63,613 bases of DNA, filler included, from Licmophora abbreviata (GCA_900291995.1; 17 parts of 17 records of this genome joined end to end with filler, not necessarily neighbours in it), one strand, 5' to 3'. Counted from the first letter of the whole stretch, positions 49,455 to 62,400 are shown. Notes: generated by a model from the letters alone, not told the origin. Program-made: numbers and translations.

Positions 49455-52400
49455 TCAGATCTCCAATCCAACATTGCTATTGAAGCTGTAGTTCGTTCCT
49501 CCATTGCTCGGGCGCCCCAACCAAGTACCGCGGAATTCCCCCGCACTCGAAGTGCGTCCTCCCATGGCCACGGACGGGTCAACGTTGACGTTGGATTCAC
49601 CAACGACATTCGCCAGCATCTCGTTTGCAATATGGAGAGTCTGCGCACCGACATTGGCAGGATTGAACGCCATCCGAGCATAATCTGCCAGTGCCATGGC
49701 AATGTACGTAAAAGACGGACGTTTGTGGCTGTCTTGGTCCCAACAGGCTTCGATCAGTTCTTGAAGGCGGGGTGGCGTCGACGGAGGGATCTCAGGACGT
49801 CGTCCACCGGCGACGGCAAACGCAGCTTGGATCGGCGTCATGGTTGCAAACGGCACTTCGCGAGTTATCAGCTGCCACATGACGATACCAAAGCTGTATA
49901 CGTCAGCGTTACTGGAGTAGGACTCGTGGCGGATAACTTCTGGCGCCATGTAGCGGTAGGTTCCCGTTTCGGCCGTCAGTTCTTGTCCCGTGTTGGCGAC
50001 AGACATACCGAAATCAGATATCTTGGCACGATGGTCGCGAGACAAGAGAATGTTGCTTGGCTTCAAATCACGATGGATTAGATTCTTGCTGTGAAGAAAC
50101 GCCATTCCATTGGCAATATCGAGAGCGATGGGAAGGTAGTCGTAGTAGCGGGAAGTGTCTGAAAGGAGCGACAAAAGAGACCCCCCTTCGCAAAATTCGT
50201 AAGCGATACAGAAGCATCTGAAAGAGACGCGTGGACGTGCAAAGCAAGAGAGATTAGCGATGTCAATTGTGATGATCTGATCATGATTCATGCTTTCTTT
50301 GTGAAACAACAATGCGCAACTTACTCAGCATCGGCAGCGACTCCCTCCAGATCGCAAATATTGTTGTGCTTGAGAAGCGCTGCAATATCTGCTTCCTGTC
50401 GTAGCTCTTCGACGTGAGAGGTATCTCCGGTGTCAGGATTGACAGTTGCCACCTTCAAGGCGACCATATCAACGGCATTTGGTTTTTCCTCGTCTCCCCG
50501 TGCAGCGCCTTGCTTCCAGGCTGCACGATAGATCGTGCTCACCCTTCCCATTCCAAGGGTTTCGATCAGCATCAGTTCTTCGAACGGGATCAACGGAATC
50601 TGGCGGTATTCGACGNNNNNNNNNNNNNNNNNNNNNNNNNNNNNNNNNNNNNNNNNNNNTTAATTAATTAANNNNNNNNNNNNNNNNNNNNNNNNNNNNN
50701 NNNNNNNNNNNNNNNGCATCAGTTCTTCGAACGGGATCAACGGAATCTGGCGGTATTCGACGTCAGCAAAGGCTCCTGGTGAATGTTCCAATGCGGGCGG
50801 AGCTACAAGCAGGTAGTCGCGATGCTGTTCCACGTCGTCCTGAAAGTTGGCCGCCTCGCGATTTACGAGAGGACGCCTCTGTCGCATCGAGAGACTGCTA
50901 GGATCTTCGAGAGACTCCTCGACAACTTCTTCTGGAGCAACAAGGACCCCCTGAGAACTCTGTGACGATTTCCTGCTTTCCAGAGATGCGCTACGGATGT
51001 ATCCGGTCGCCAGGACAGGTGGAGAGCTGTGCTGCCGACGCATAAGCAGCGAGCTGTCCTTCCTCTGGGAAAAAGCTTGCTCAAGTCCGCTAGTGCTCTC
51101 GTTAGCCAGAACCTCAGAAAGTGGGACCGCGCTCTGTATTTCTTTTTGGGTCACAAGAGGCGACATTCCTTGGTGCTTCTGGCTTGGAGGGTGAAAGTAT
51201 ACAGGCCCAGGGATTTCGGGCGACTCGCTTCTCGCTGCAACTGGAGAATCCTCGGGCGATGCATCGGGAGAGGTTTCGTCGCCAGTTTCCTGCTCCTTTT
51301 CCCGAGCTTGGGCAAGAAACGATTCGACGTAATTTGCCAACAAGTTCAAGCGCAGACGTCCGTTCATCTCAACCACGTATCGGTCCTGGGTGGGGCATGA
51401 AAGAAGGGGTTTAGTTGGCACAGCGAAAGGACGAACTTAAAAAAAAATTCCAGCGGCAACCCTTACCAGAACGATTCCATCCTTGCTAGTCATGACATCG
51501 GCGTCCAGAACGCGAGATCCCCCAGTCGAGAGAAGCTTGGTCATATACTCGAGCAAGTTGCCCGTGTCGGTACAGGAAACAGTCACGAGTCGTAGAGCTC
51601 GACCGGGAAGTCGACGACGCGAGAAGTTGTTACCTTCTTGCAAGTTCACGATGTGCACAGCTGCCCGTGTTTGATCGGCTCGTGACACAGCCATGAGTCG
51701 CATGTGCAAAAGTACTTCTGACGGTGTGTCGACACCAAGAGCGTAGCGGCTTGGCAGAGCGGACACAAACTGTTGGACCGATCGAAGTACTTCTATACGA
51801 TGCAGAGATGGGTCCACGCCATACTTGGAAGGATTCAGTAGCTTGGACTCAGCCACAAATAGATCAGTCACGATCTCACACAGATCACTTATGACTGCCC
51901 GCGTGTGTTCGGCGCGCCGACGATTGCGCGTTTCATTCTTCAGGAGTTGGTACTTGCGATTCACTTTCTCCCCTTCCTCCGAGCTTTCGCCCACCACAGG
52001 CGACGGTGAAAAGGAGCGATCATGAGTTGATGCTTCGCCTCGAGCCACCTCCAGTCGCTCTTGCATAGCTGCTTCAAGAATATCACGCTGGTACAGCATG
52101 TATGCATACGGTGAGGTGGACAGGGACGGAGCCCCCATCAAAATTCCAAGTTCTTTGCTAGACATACAGCTGGGATTGAAGCAACGAAATGGTGCAAAAG
52201 GGGGTAAGGCACAGTCAATTCGACACGGCGCAGAGTCTGGGATACTTCCAAAAATCAATACACGTACCGTCTCACTGGTCCGTCTGAAAGACGACGCGAC
52301 CGGCGCCGTTCAGTTCCGCTCTTTTTCGAATCGTGACTGGGCAATCGCTGGAGTGCCCCAGTCGATCGTGCATTCTCCACTGACAGTTTTGATTCCGCAG

Positions 52401-52938
52401 AGGATTTCGTCGATCGCGATAGAAATGCGGGAGAAACGAGAACGGCATTGGGAGCATTGTTCCCAGTAGAGGGAGCAGAGTGAACCCGAAGCGTGTGTGC
52501 GGACGCAGATAGTGGTGATGGGTCGGTTGGAGTTTTCTTGGGTTCGGATGCCGAGTCTGCCTCGGATTGTCCAAGCGGTCGAGACGCACGTTGATTCTCT
52601 GGCTGTGCCTGTAGTTCTACTACGGTCTCCACGACGCGATCCGCTCCGTCATCCTGCGACAATGAATCTTGTGAATCTCCGTGCGCTGATGAACGTGTTC
52701 GCTGTCGTTGCTCTGCTTCACGCTGCTGCATCAAGGCAGTCAGATTCGAACGCACAGGCAACGACTGAGCGTGCTGATCATGAGTGTCACTGGAATCCAT
52801 TGAGTTCCCCATTTTTCGGTTCGCGGGTGGCAACAAGGGACCGCGCGCAATACCGGGAGGTGGAGGGAGAAGTATGCCACGCTTGAAGCTGTGCGTCGAG
52901 GTGGGAAATGACGTTTGCTTTCGATCTCTGCTGTCCAT
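49455..52938 (-). CDS. ACT-domain TKL protein kinase (STY8/17/46 / ACTPK-like); introns 50218-50324, 51386-51466 and ~52089-52275
   Basis: LPSRYAL...VLLH.RL, ACT-like VLDADVMTSKDGIVL|DRYVV, IHRDLKPSN, DFG, TAETGTYRYMAPEVI.H..Y...ADVYSFGIV.W; the donor site of the first intron is ambiguous. Confidence 0.9.
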
Positions 52939-54008
52939 GTGATGTTGCGTATCCTTGTCAATGCCGTTAATGACTTTGGGGTGACACTCCTGCGGTTTGA
53001 ATGGAGCAGCAATGATGGCACGATTGGCCACGCGAGAGTGAGGTGTCAAGTTGACAATGATTGGTGGAATTGTGAGAGGCTGAGGCACGAGAAAATGAGA
53101 AGCCCGCGCCTGTCTCAACTTTTTCGTGGTCGTCAGACAGTGCTCCGTAGATTCTACGTGTCGCAACGACCATAAGTAAAGTTCTCGATGCACGTCAATG
53201 GAATGATTCGATTCAGAATAGCCCGCCGACCATGACGCGACCCGCCAAGCCGCCGCCATCAGCTTCCTTCGACAACCATGCGTCCCATGAAGCACACAAC
53301 ACACAGTGAAAGTCACTTACCCTCTGAGGTGAAATCTATCGAAAAACTGACGGGTGCGGGCGGCGATGCTGTGTTCATTCTGATACTGCTGGAGCTCGTT
53401 TTGGAAAAGTCTTTGGTGGCTGACACAGGCTGTCAACAATCGTCTGAAGAACACTCCGGATGTCACCAAAACACCTTGAAGTTTACGATAGCCTAAGATA
53501 TCCTCGTGAGCATAAACATTTAATATTTTCTCTTCTTCCCAAGTGACATTTTCGATGAAACGATGACCTCATTTCAACTCGACTCACTCGACTTGCGGAC
53601 TCGTGCTCAAAGAATATGCTATAATAACAAGAGCGTGATGAAGTGAAACAATCGAAAATGCATATTGGGTGGCGATCGTACGTTTGTTCAAAGTGTTCCA
53701 CGTTGCGGTAGGTAATTAAAAAGCACNNNNNNNNNNNNNNNNNNNNNNNNNNNNNNNNNNNNNNNNNNNNTTAATTAATTAANNNNNNNNNNNNNNNNNN
53801 NNNNNNNNNNNNNNNNNNNNNNNNNNCGCTGCAGACACCCACGCTTCTCGTCATGCTACCTTATCAGCGTACGGCACCAAACGCTCCCCACAGTGATTTC
53901 AATACCTGTTAAGAGATCAAAACGTCTTGATCGCTTACATATCTACAACAGGGAGGGACTCGGCACACATATCATGATAAACCACTCGCGCCACAACCAC
54001 CACCCTCA

Positions 54009-55069
54009 CTACGACTCCTTGTCCTTCTTCGCTTCCTCTTGCGCTTTCTTTTGCGCTCTTTCCGCCTCATCTGCTTCCAGTCCCTTTTGCGATAGTTCTA
54101 ATCCTGCCGCTACTAACTTGAGATCCGGCTTCTTTCCCACAACTACAACCGCCGCAACCGACTTGGCTTCCACAGTACCATCTTCCAATTCCACTTCTTC
54201 CTCTTCAATCGCATATCCAGCAAACTCTTCTTCCGTTCCCTCCAGGATATATGCAGTAATGGGTTGTGACACGGGAGGATCTTTTTTGGGAGCGCGATCG
54301 AGATAGGCGACGAGGGAGGGTGCGAGGCTGGCAGCATTCGAAATGACACGAACGCCAGTGTGTGTGCCGGGCACATGTCCTTCAGGACAGTACAAGTGTT
54401 CACTGAGCGACAACAAATCCTTGATTCGTTGAGAGACTTCATCGAATGTATCAAAGGTCAACTGATCGGAACCGGCTTCTGGGATTTTCGATGCTGCGGC
54501 AGATTTGACCTGAGAGAAGAAATTGTTTGTTCGGAGAGAGGGCATACGGTAATGTGTGAGACGATTGGACGAACCTCAACGCTGCCTTCAAATGCTTCTC
54601 TTCTCCTCACTACTCACTTTTAGAGGATTCGTCTTGGGTTGCTCCAGTCCCGCAACTTTGAGATCGAGCGTCTTCGTGATGCGAAAGGCCGACTTTTTGA
54701 GTGGCGTCACTCCATCCCGATTGAGGGCCCAATTGAAAGCGTATACGTGTCCGGGGTATTCATTCGGAAAAGCCATGGCCTCTCCGACACGTTTGACGCT
54801 ATCGGGCAGTCCAGACGAAGACTCAGAGGAGGCTGTAGAGGACGGAAGGCAGAGACCATTGTCACGGTGAGTTGGGGCGGAGTAAGACGATCTGGTGTTT
54901 CATTTATCAATACGAAATTTGATGATTCGAATACGAGAATCCACGCAAGATCTTTTGTCGCGCAGCACTCACCAAAGCATCGAGCCGATTGTGCCTTCAA
55001 TTCAACATTCCTTCTAACACATTGTTGCCAGGAGCGACGCGCTGCTAAAAATACCACTGATCGTGTCAT
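54009..55069 (-). CDS. Mitochondrial-targeted hypothetical protein with weak resemblance to the PEPCK N-terminal domain; introns 54833-54972 and 54510-54617
   Basis: Presequence MTRSVVFLAARRSW...ARCF; two in-phase GT-AG introns; YAFNWAL..DGV, FDEVSQRIKDLLS..LY..EG...VRVISN. Confidence 0.75.
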
Positions 55070-55305
55070 GGTGGCTTTTGAAGTGGCGAGAGCGTCGTCA
55101 AGAGGCGACAACACAGTTCTGCTCGCTTTGATGAGAGCGCGAACGCCGCGAGTACTGAATCCTACGTAGTTTCTGTGTGCGTTCGTGTGAGGCTGAGAGA
55201 AAGAGAGGAATTTGGAGTTTGGAACATTTCAATTCGCGAGAAGCTATATTTTCCATTTTCAGGTTGGAAAAAGTGTGTTTCGTTCGATTCTCGACGACTT
55301 CGACC

Positions 55306-56297
55306 ATGGTGGTGAGCAGCGGTCTCTTTCGGCGACTTTCCACGCAATCTCGACGGCTTCCGGCACTGTATACGGAATCTCACTTCCAGTCAAAGTCATG
55401 GACAAACTCTAGATTTCTGTCGAGCAACAAGAACACTCCCTTTTACGGTGCTCCCCGACCCCCAGTATTACCGACTACGAGCAACAACTCCTCACTACTC
55501 CAACGCCTCGCACTCACAGTCCACTCCGCCACGACTGCATTTGCAGATCCGACCCGAGCGGACGCTGTCGCTACATTGGGAGAAGTCACGGGACATGTGG
55601 CACTCACGCAAATGTACGATCGCATGATGAGTGATTCCGTTGGACAGCGGATACTGCGCGATCGACCCAAAGTGAGCAAGGCGACGTTGCCCATTGATCA
55701 ATTGATCCTTCAAGCTGCAAAAGAGAAGGCAGTTGAAGATCCTATGTATGAAATAATAACATTTGGAGGAGCGTATGGGGGCTTTCTGAAGCATCATGGA
55801 TTCGATCCCGACGAACGAAGTGATGTTACATACATTGACAACCCGGAACTCGCCTACATTATGCTGCGATATCGACAAGTAAGCGATCTAGGAGAATGGT
55901 AATGGCGCATGTGAAGTATCATGGAGTCACACTTACAAAACCCTCTCTCTTTTGTCCACATCTACCGTTCCTATTATCATAGTGCCACGACTATTGGCAT
56001 GTCTTGACAGGCCTTCCTCCAACCGTCCTGGGTGAGTTGGGCTTGAAGTGGTTGGAACTCTTGCAATTCGGCCTGCCCGTGGCGGCCCTGTCAGCGACCG
56101 TCGGTTCGTTGCGGCTGACGGCACAGGAGCAACACGCGCTGACGACACAGTATTTGCCATGGGCAGTTCGCATGAGCGAGCAGTCAGGCTATCTGATGAA
56201 TGTATACTACGAAGAAGAGCTAGACACGAATCTGCAAGAACTGAGAGACCGACTGTGCCTCGAACCGGCACCGAGGTTGGATTTTCGATCTGGCTAG
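55306..56297 (+). CDS. COQ4: Ubiquinone biosynthesis protein COQ4; intron 55879-55982
   Basis: DPTRADAVATLGEVTG, GQRILRDRP, YIMLRYRQ|CHDYWHVLTG...GELGLKW.E, YYEE. Confidence 0.96.
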
Positions 56298-56323
56298 TAC
56301 TTCGTACTACTAAGATTGTGTCT

Positions 56324-57717
56324 CTAAACTTTAGGTTTTTTGCTCACAGGAGTTTTCTTTTGAAAGTCCCTCCAACTTCCGATGCGCTTTTCGACTCGTG
56401 TGTCGTCTCGCCACTTCTTATCAAACTGGCGTTCTTTCCGTTCCTTGGACAGTTCTTCCTCCTCTTGTTCCCGTTCCCGTTGTTCTTGCTTTCGCTCTCG
56501 TTGTTCCACCTGTCGTCGTTTGTGTTCGATCTCGGCAAAGATTCGCTGTACCGCTTTGGACTGATATTCCTCCAACGTACTGTGCTGTGATGCCGCACTA
56601 CTATTCGCCTTCTTCCAGTCGTTGTTGCCCTGTCGGTGTCCCTGCAGTATGAGCTGCTTCGCATGTTTCCTCTTGTCTTCATCCATCAGCTGTCGCTTGG
56701 CCGCCTGAACATGATCGTACGCCTCCTTGGCCCGCGTTCGATCCTCACGACACTTGTCAGGATGCAACAAGAGACTCAGCGCCTTGTACCGGCGCGAAAT
56801 GTCTTCCACAGTCGCGTCATGAGACAAGTCCAAGACGAAGAACGGATTCAGATTGCGCCATGCGTAGTTGGGAGCCAAGAGGCGTTCGATCTGTTGGTGC
56901 GAGGTGCCCAAGTCTGTGGTTTGATTGCGAATGGCATTGGTCGGGGCAGGTTGATCGTCGTCGTCGTCGTCTTCCTTTGGTATTGACTTTGGCTTGGCAG
57001 CATCTTCAACTTCGGTGAAGAAGTCGTCCAACAACAAGTCAGCTCGTCTGTCTGTTCATCCTTTGAAATTTTTGACTCGTCTGGAACTGCAGAGGATGAA
57101 GCCGCAGCTGCGTCGCTATTGATGGCGCTTGACTCCGCTGCTGCACCAGCATCCACCGGTAGCTCTTGTTGTTGCTGTCTTAGTTTCGATTCACACTCCT
57201 CCAATCCCGTTTGAGCCGCTAGATTCGTCTTATCCAGTTTCAATACTTGGTGATAGGATTCCTTCGCCGATTCCCATCTCGACAAGGCATGCAAGGCCGC
57301 CGCCAGTCTGGAGTGTCCCTTGGCGGCGACAAACCCCGCATCCCTGTTGGAAGTACTCCCCATGACTTTCACACATTCCTTTGCATCTTGGAGCGCCTTG
57401 GACTTGTGACTGACTTTCAAATGAGCAGCGGATCGATTGGACAGTAATTTGGCATTGCTGGGATCCAACGAGAGAGCCTGCGTGTAGTGCGCAATGGCGT
57501 CGTGGAAGGATCCGGTCCGGAAGTAATCGTCGCCCAAGACTTTCAGAACGTCGCATCGGAGTTCCCAGTCTTCTTTTTTGTTGGAAGTCGGAGGAGAATC
57601 GTCGGTGGGAGTGGTGTCGTCCATGGTTGCGGTGGCAGAGGGGGTTCCGAGTAGTGAGGGCGAATGCGGCGTGCTGCGCTGTAGGATTGCAATGATTGGC
57701 ATATTTAACGATGCCAT
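56324..57717 (-). CDS. TPR + DnaJ (DNAJC8/Spf31-like) protein; frameshift ~57043; start may be ATG at 57624
   Basis: Three TPRs (LKVLGDDYF, LLSNRSAAHL, KGHSRLAAAL), then QIERLL..RNLNPFFVL, YKALSLLLHPDK, TRVEKRIGSWRDF. Confidence 0.85.
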
Positions 57718-58060
57718 TGGCGTCGAGAATTCGAGAATTCAGAATGTTGGAGGAACTGTGACTCTGTCCGTCGTCGGCAAATCAAAGAAGAAAGAAACAT
57801 TCAAATTCCAGATTCCATGCAAATCAATGCGTTGAGTGCGTAGACTCGTTACCACAGCGTACGTGCGTAGAATTCGTACATGATTCACGGCAAGTACGAA
57901 TACTACGAATGACCGCCGGTCACACTCGGCATGCTCTGTTTCTCCACAGCATCGTGTGGCTTCCGTCGTCGTCGTCGACAGTCGCGGTCGTGGTGCACCC
58001 TTGCTTGCTTGTCGGCCCTCTTTTGAGAAGTAGAAGAAGCGAGAAAGAGACAGAGTAACC

Positions 58061-58811
58061 ATGATGTGGTTTATGGATTGGGTGTACAGTGCCTTGGCGA
58101 GTTTAGGTGAGCATCAAGACAAGAAAATAGACACGAAAGTCATGGCTCTCGTCGTGCTCAGCGCAGTGTGCTGTGGAACTGTGTAGCAGCAGTTTGTAGT
58201 CCTGGATCTTCAAAACTGTCACGGTTCTTCGTACACGCTCTCTTACACGAACTCTCCTCCCTATCTCTCGCTCAGGCCTGTATCATAAGAATGCCAAGAT
58301 TCTCTTTTTGGGTCTCGACAATGCCGGCAAGACCACCTTGCTACATATGCTCAAGGAAAACCGCGTCCAGGTCCACGTTCCCACTCTCCACCCCAACACG
58401 GACGAACTCATTATCGGAAACATCAAGTTCAAGACCTTCGACTTGGGCGGACACGAGACCGCGCGTCGCTTGTGGCAAGATTACTTCACCACGGTCGACG
58501 GCGTCGTCTACCTCGTCGATGCCATTGACCGCGGTCGATTTCCGGAGGCCAAAAAGGAACTCGATGCCTTGTTGACCTCGGATGAACTCTGCGATGTCCC
58601 ATTCTTGGTACTGGGAAACAAGATTGACATGCCCACGGCGGCCAGTGAGGAAGAACTCAAATATGCCTTGGGATTGGTCGATACTTATGGCAAGGATACC
58701 AAGCCGGATAAGGACAGTGCAGTCAGGCCAATTGAACTCTACATGTGCTCGGTCATTCGACGGATGGGATATGCAGATGGATTCAAGTGGCTTTCGCAGT
58801 TTCTATCTTGA
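58061..58811 (+). CDS. SAR1: Small GTPase SAR1; intron 58107-58275
   Basis: [55 protein letters not shown]. Confidence 0.97.
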
Positions 58812-59079
58812 GGTGGATTGGATTGGATTGGATGGAAAATGGAGACTGTGATCTGCAAGAAAGTGATGCTGGCGGCGGCGGTGGTACCGGTTGACGTACT
58901 GTAAACGGTGCGACACGCGAACGAACGATGCCTACTACTTGTAGAGAAACGGAATATATTATAACAAGCAAAAGCGCAGAACGCACATCCACAAACGCCC
59001 ACGTTTGGATGCTACTTTCGTTAGCCTTGCCTTTCATCCTGGTCGTTCTGCGTCCCATACAAACAACGACACCACAACG

Positions 59080-60255
59080 TTATCGTCCTCGTCCAGGACG
59101 ACTACCGCCACCTTTGCGATGCTGTACTTCACCCAGTGATATCATATCGAATCGATCGTCGACCTTGCTATACAGGAGAACAGTCAACAACGACTCGCGT
59201 CGAGACGCGCTCTCCCTAGTGTTGCTGTTTGACATCGTCGCGCTCCAGTACCCATACTTGCGCATCAAGTTATCGATCGCCATGGCCAACGTCTTGAGTA
59301 CTCTCTTGTGTTTGGGATAACGTTCCGTGAGTTCGACACTTGCTCCCATAGCACTTTCATCCTCCTCACTTTTTCTCATGACACTGCTCCCAAAGTCTCG
59401 TACCACCCAAAAGGAAAGATCCACGGCAACGACGGGCGTAGCTCCGGTGACACGATGATGTCGCGGAACAACCAACGATTCCAAGTACGTCTCGGAACGT
59501 TGCGTTATACCCTTGATGCTTTTCAGTATAGACTTCCAGTGGGATGTTTCGCTCTTGGAAACTTGCTTGTCGAGCCCATAATACTGGTCCGTGTCGACGT
59601 AGATACACTCCACTTGAGATGTTGCAGTGCTGCCGGTAAAAGTAGAACTACTACTACTATCACGAGCATGGTGGTGGCCGAGAGCCTGGGACAGAGCAGA
59701 CCGAGACGACGTTTCAAGGGGGTCGCTCTTTTTGCTGTACAATGATGACGAGTTCAACGATGCCTCATGTTGTTGTTGTTGTTGTTGTTGTTGTTGCTGT
59801 TGCAGTCCCGAAGCAATCGTACTGGAGAGGCTGTCGAGAGAGACGAAGATTTCATTGCCGCCACTTCTGGAGCTCGAGAGGCTGTCAAACGCCACGTGTC
59901 GCAGTCGGACAGAGCCCTTGTCGCTAAGAAGATGCGGCTGTACAATAACGACGTAGGGAATCTGAAGTAGGGCGCATACTCCACACAGCTCTTTGAGCGA
60001 TAGTTCCTGCGGCGAATGTGATATGACGGAACAAGAGATAAGAGGGCATTGGTAACAGAACGATAACGGCGTCCAGAATAGAAGGCGGCCAACGCATTCA
60101 CAACGTACAGTGCCAAGATTTCCCAACGACTCTGCCTTTTCTCTATGACGCTTTAGCAAGGAAATCATGACGCCACTCTGTGGCATGTATTCTGCCGAGA
60201 TGCCTTCGGCCCAAAGGCGGGATGCGACAACCAGGCGCTCTTGAGAGCTCGCAAT
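59080..60255 (-). CDS. C-terminal part of a probable GCN2 (eIF2-alpha kinase), HisRS anticodon-binding-like domain; intron 60007-60108
   Basis: ERLVVASRLWAEGISAEY, IPYVVIV...GSVRLR, PVVAVDL; the kinase domain itself is not in the contig. Confidence 0.65.
   Translation of the reverse strand: MASSQERLVVASRLWAEGISAEYMPQSGVMISLLKRHREKAESLGNLGTVRCECVGRLLFWTPLSFCYQCPLISCSVISHSPQELSLKELCGVCALLQIPYVVIVQPHLLSDKGSVRLRHVAFDSLSSSRSGGNEIFVSLDSLSSTIASGLQQQQQQQQQQQHEASLNSSSLYSKKSDPLETSSRSALSQALGHHHARDSSSSSTFTGSTATSQVECIYVDTDQYYGLDKQVSKSETSHWKSILKSIKGITQRSETYLESLVVPRHHRVTGATPVVAVDLSFWVVRDFGSSVMRKSEEDESAMGASVELTERYPKHKRVLKTLAMAIDNLMRKYGYWSATMSNSNTRESASRRESLLTVLLYSKVDDRFDMISLGEVQHRKGGGSRPGRGR
59768..59804 (-). 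repeat. (CAA)n microsatellite encoding poly-Gln
   Basis: TGT/TTG run on the + strand inside the GCN2-like ORF. Confidence 0.9.
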
Positions 60256-60389
60256 NNNNNNNNNNNNNNNNNNNNNNNNNNNNNNNNNNNNNNNNNNNNT
60301 TAATTAATTAANNNNNNNNNNNNNNNNNNNNNNNNNNNNNNNNNNNNNNNNNNNNCAAAATCTCACAAAATTGAGAAATCAACCCGACC

Positions 60390-61952
60390 ATGACGAAATG
60401 GGCGGCGGCCAACGTAAAGGCTCCGTCCCCGCGAAAGCGGGACGGTCACAGCAATGAGCGGGAATCACGCTTTCGATCTTCCGAAACAGTTGAGGCGGCA
60501 TTGGCTCGATTGACGAGAGCATACTCGGCGGCCATGGACTGTGTTGGATCTTTGCACCGTCTCACAACTGAAGGCGAGGCAAACCGCAATGACGACGACG
60601 TAAGAGCGCGTCTAGAAACAGCGGCAAGGACAACGTTTGAACAGGCAATTTTGTTGGATCCACTTATTGCGGATCATGCTCCAACCTGGAATGATACATT
60701 CAAGCGGATATCATCATCACGTCGTGTCGACGACTCACCGGAACCGAAGACGAGACCGCTTCCCGCCATTTTGACGTCTGCCGCACACCGTTCGACTGTC
60801 CGGGAACTAGCGTATCTGTCCTTGGTGAATTACGCTGACTTGATTGACCGACTTTTGAAAGAACCGAGTGGAGACGCTGAATGGACAGAGGAATCGAGAC
60901 GAGTAACGCGCAAGTTGGTATTGGTGTCGTATTGTGACGCCGTGCAAGTCGATGGCTCGGACCCAACCGTATGGCTCAAGTTGGCCACCGCTGCGAACGA
61001 ACTAGATTCACTGAAATACAAACGATTGGAACGGTATGCCTTGGAGCAGGGGAAGATGTCACTTCCTCCGGATGTTCCTCCCAATCGAGCAATCCTTCGG
61101 GCCCTTGCAGAGCACCAACGGGCAGCTACAGTTTACAATACCACGCCAGGGATCCTTTCCCAAGCAGATTCGGAGCCAGTGGTCGTGGATTTGCCTCGCT
61201 ACTCGTGGTCCGTATTGGGGCGTCTATTGCTACGTGCCTGTCGGGAAGGAAGCGCGTTTCGCATGCACAACTTCTCGCATCATCATCATCATCATCATCG
61301 TCACCACGAAGGATTGAGAATATCGAAACGCATTGCCTTTGGGTCACCACGCTTGGAGTTACGCCTGTCTCCCATGTTGACATTACCACCTGTACCACTG
61401 GGTATTATTTGTCAGTTTCTAAACGATGGAAGCATCTGGCGTCTTGAAGCTACGTGTCGGGCGCTGTCAGCGTCAATACTCTCGGCGCGTGCATCTCTGG
61501 AGCGAACAAGAGGCGGGAGCAAAAGTGTTTCAATGATAGACGACACTTTCCAACTTCCCAACGATTCATTACAGCCAGAACCTCGCGAGGATAAACGTGA
61601 GGGTTCCAAGCAAGTCCCTATTGATCAGAGGGCGCTAGACCGCAGGGAGCCGTCAAAGAGTAACGAAAACGAGGATGATGCGGTCAAGTCACAGCGGGCA
61701 TCGAAACGAGTTCGTTCGCAGCTTATAACGTCTGGTAAGCTCGCGGAACGGAAAGCAAAGCGCTCTTCGACCCGATTCTGCTTAATAGCGGCCATAATGG
61801 GCTGCGACCCTACAGACGAGAGACTCAAGGTTTTGATCGAGGAAGAATTACAGTGGGACGAACTTTCACCAGGGCTGTTGACAGTACCGGCTAGTTCGTT
61901 AGGTGGAGAGGGCGCAGGTTCCCGTCAGAAGTCAAACGGCCAAGACGATGCT
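60390..61952 (+). CDS. CABIN1/Hir3-like protein, N-terminal part
   Basis: LAYLSLVNYADL...YCDAVQVDGSDPTVWLKLA...RYALEQG matches the recalled CABIN1 N-terminal TPR pattern; RASKRVRS. Confidence 0.65.
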
Positions 61953-62400
61953 NNNNNNNNNNNNNNNNNNNNNNNNNNNNNNNNNNNNNNNNNNNNTTAA
62001 TTAATTAANNNNNNNNNNNNNNNNNNNNNNNNNNNNNNNNNNNNNNNNNNNNTTCGCTGATGCTGCCATCACAACAACAGAGTGGCAGTGCCGCAGAACC
62101 CAAACGCCCAAAGACAGACGATAAGGAAAATTAGGTATTAGAGCAATAGTCTACCGATCCGTCCTGCTCCTTGGAGTCTACGTAAGCAATAGGCAACCAG
62201 TGTCACGGTACAACGCATTTTCCCGCCAAATTTGTGTTCAAATGACACTTCTTAGTACTACAATGTACACACGACGGAGAAAGTACATTTCCTCGTAGCT
62301 TGTTCAATTTCATTCATTCCCGAGGATAGCATTACAAATTGAAGATGTTTGGCCGCAAACAGCGCTATGCCATTTTCATCATCAGAGCTGCTCGTCGACC

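Noticed and set aside
52939..53316. Upstream extension of ORF 52255-53316 as coding
   Set aside because: Non-ATG start and UTR-like composition; ATG at 52938 is the more plausible start
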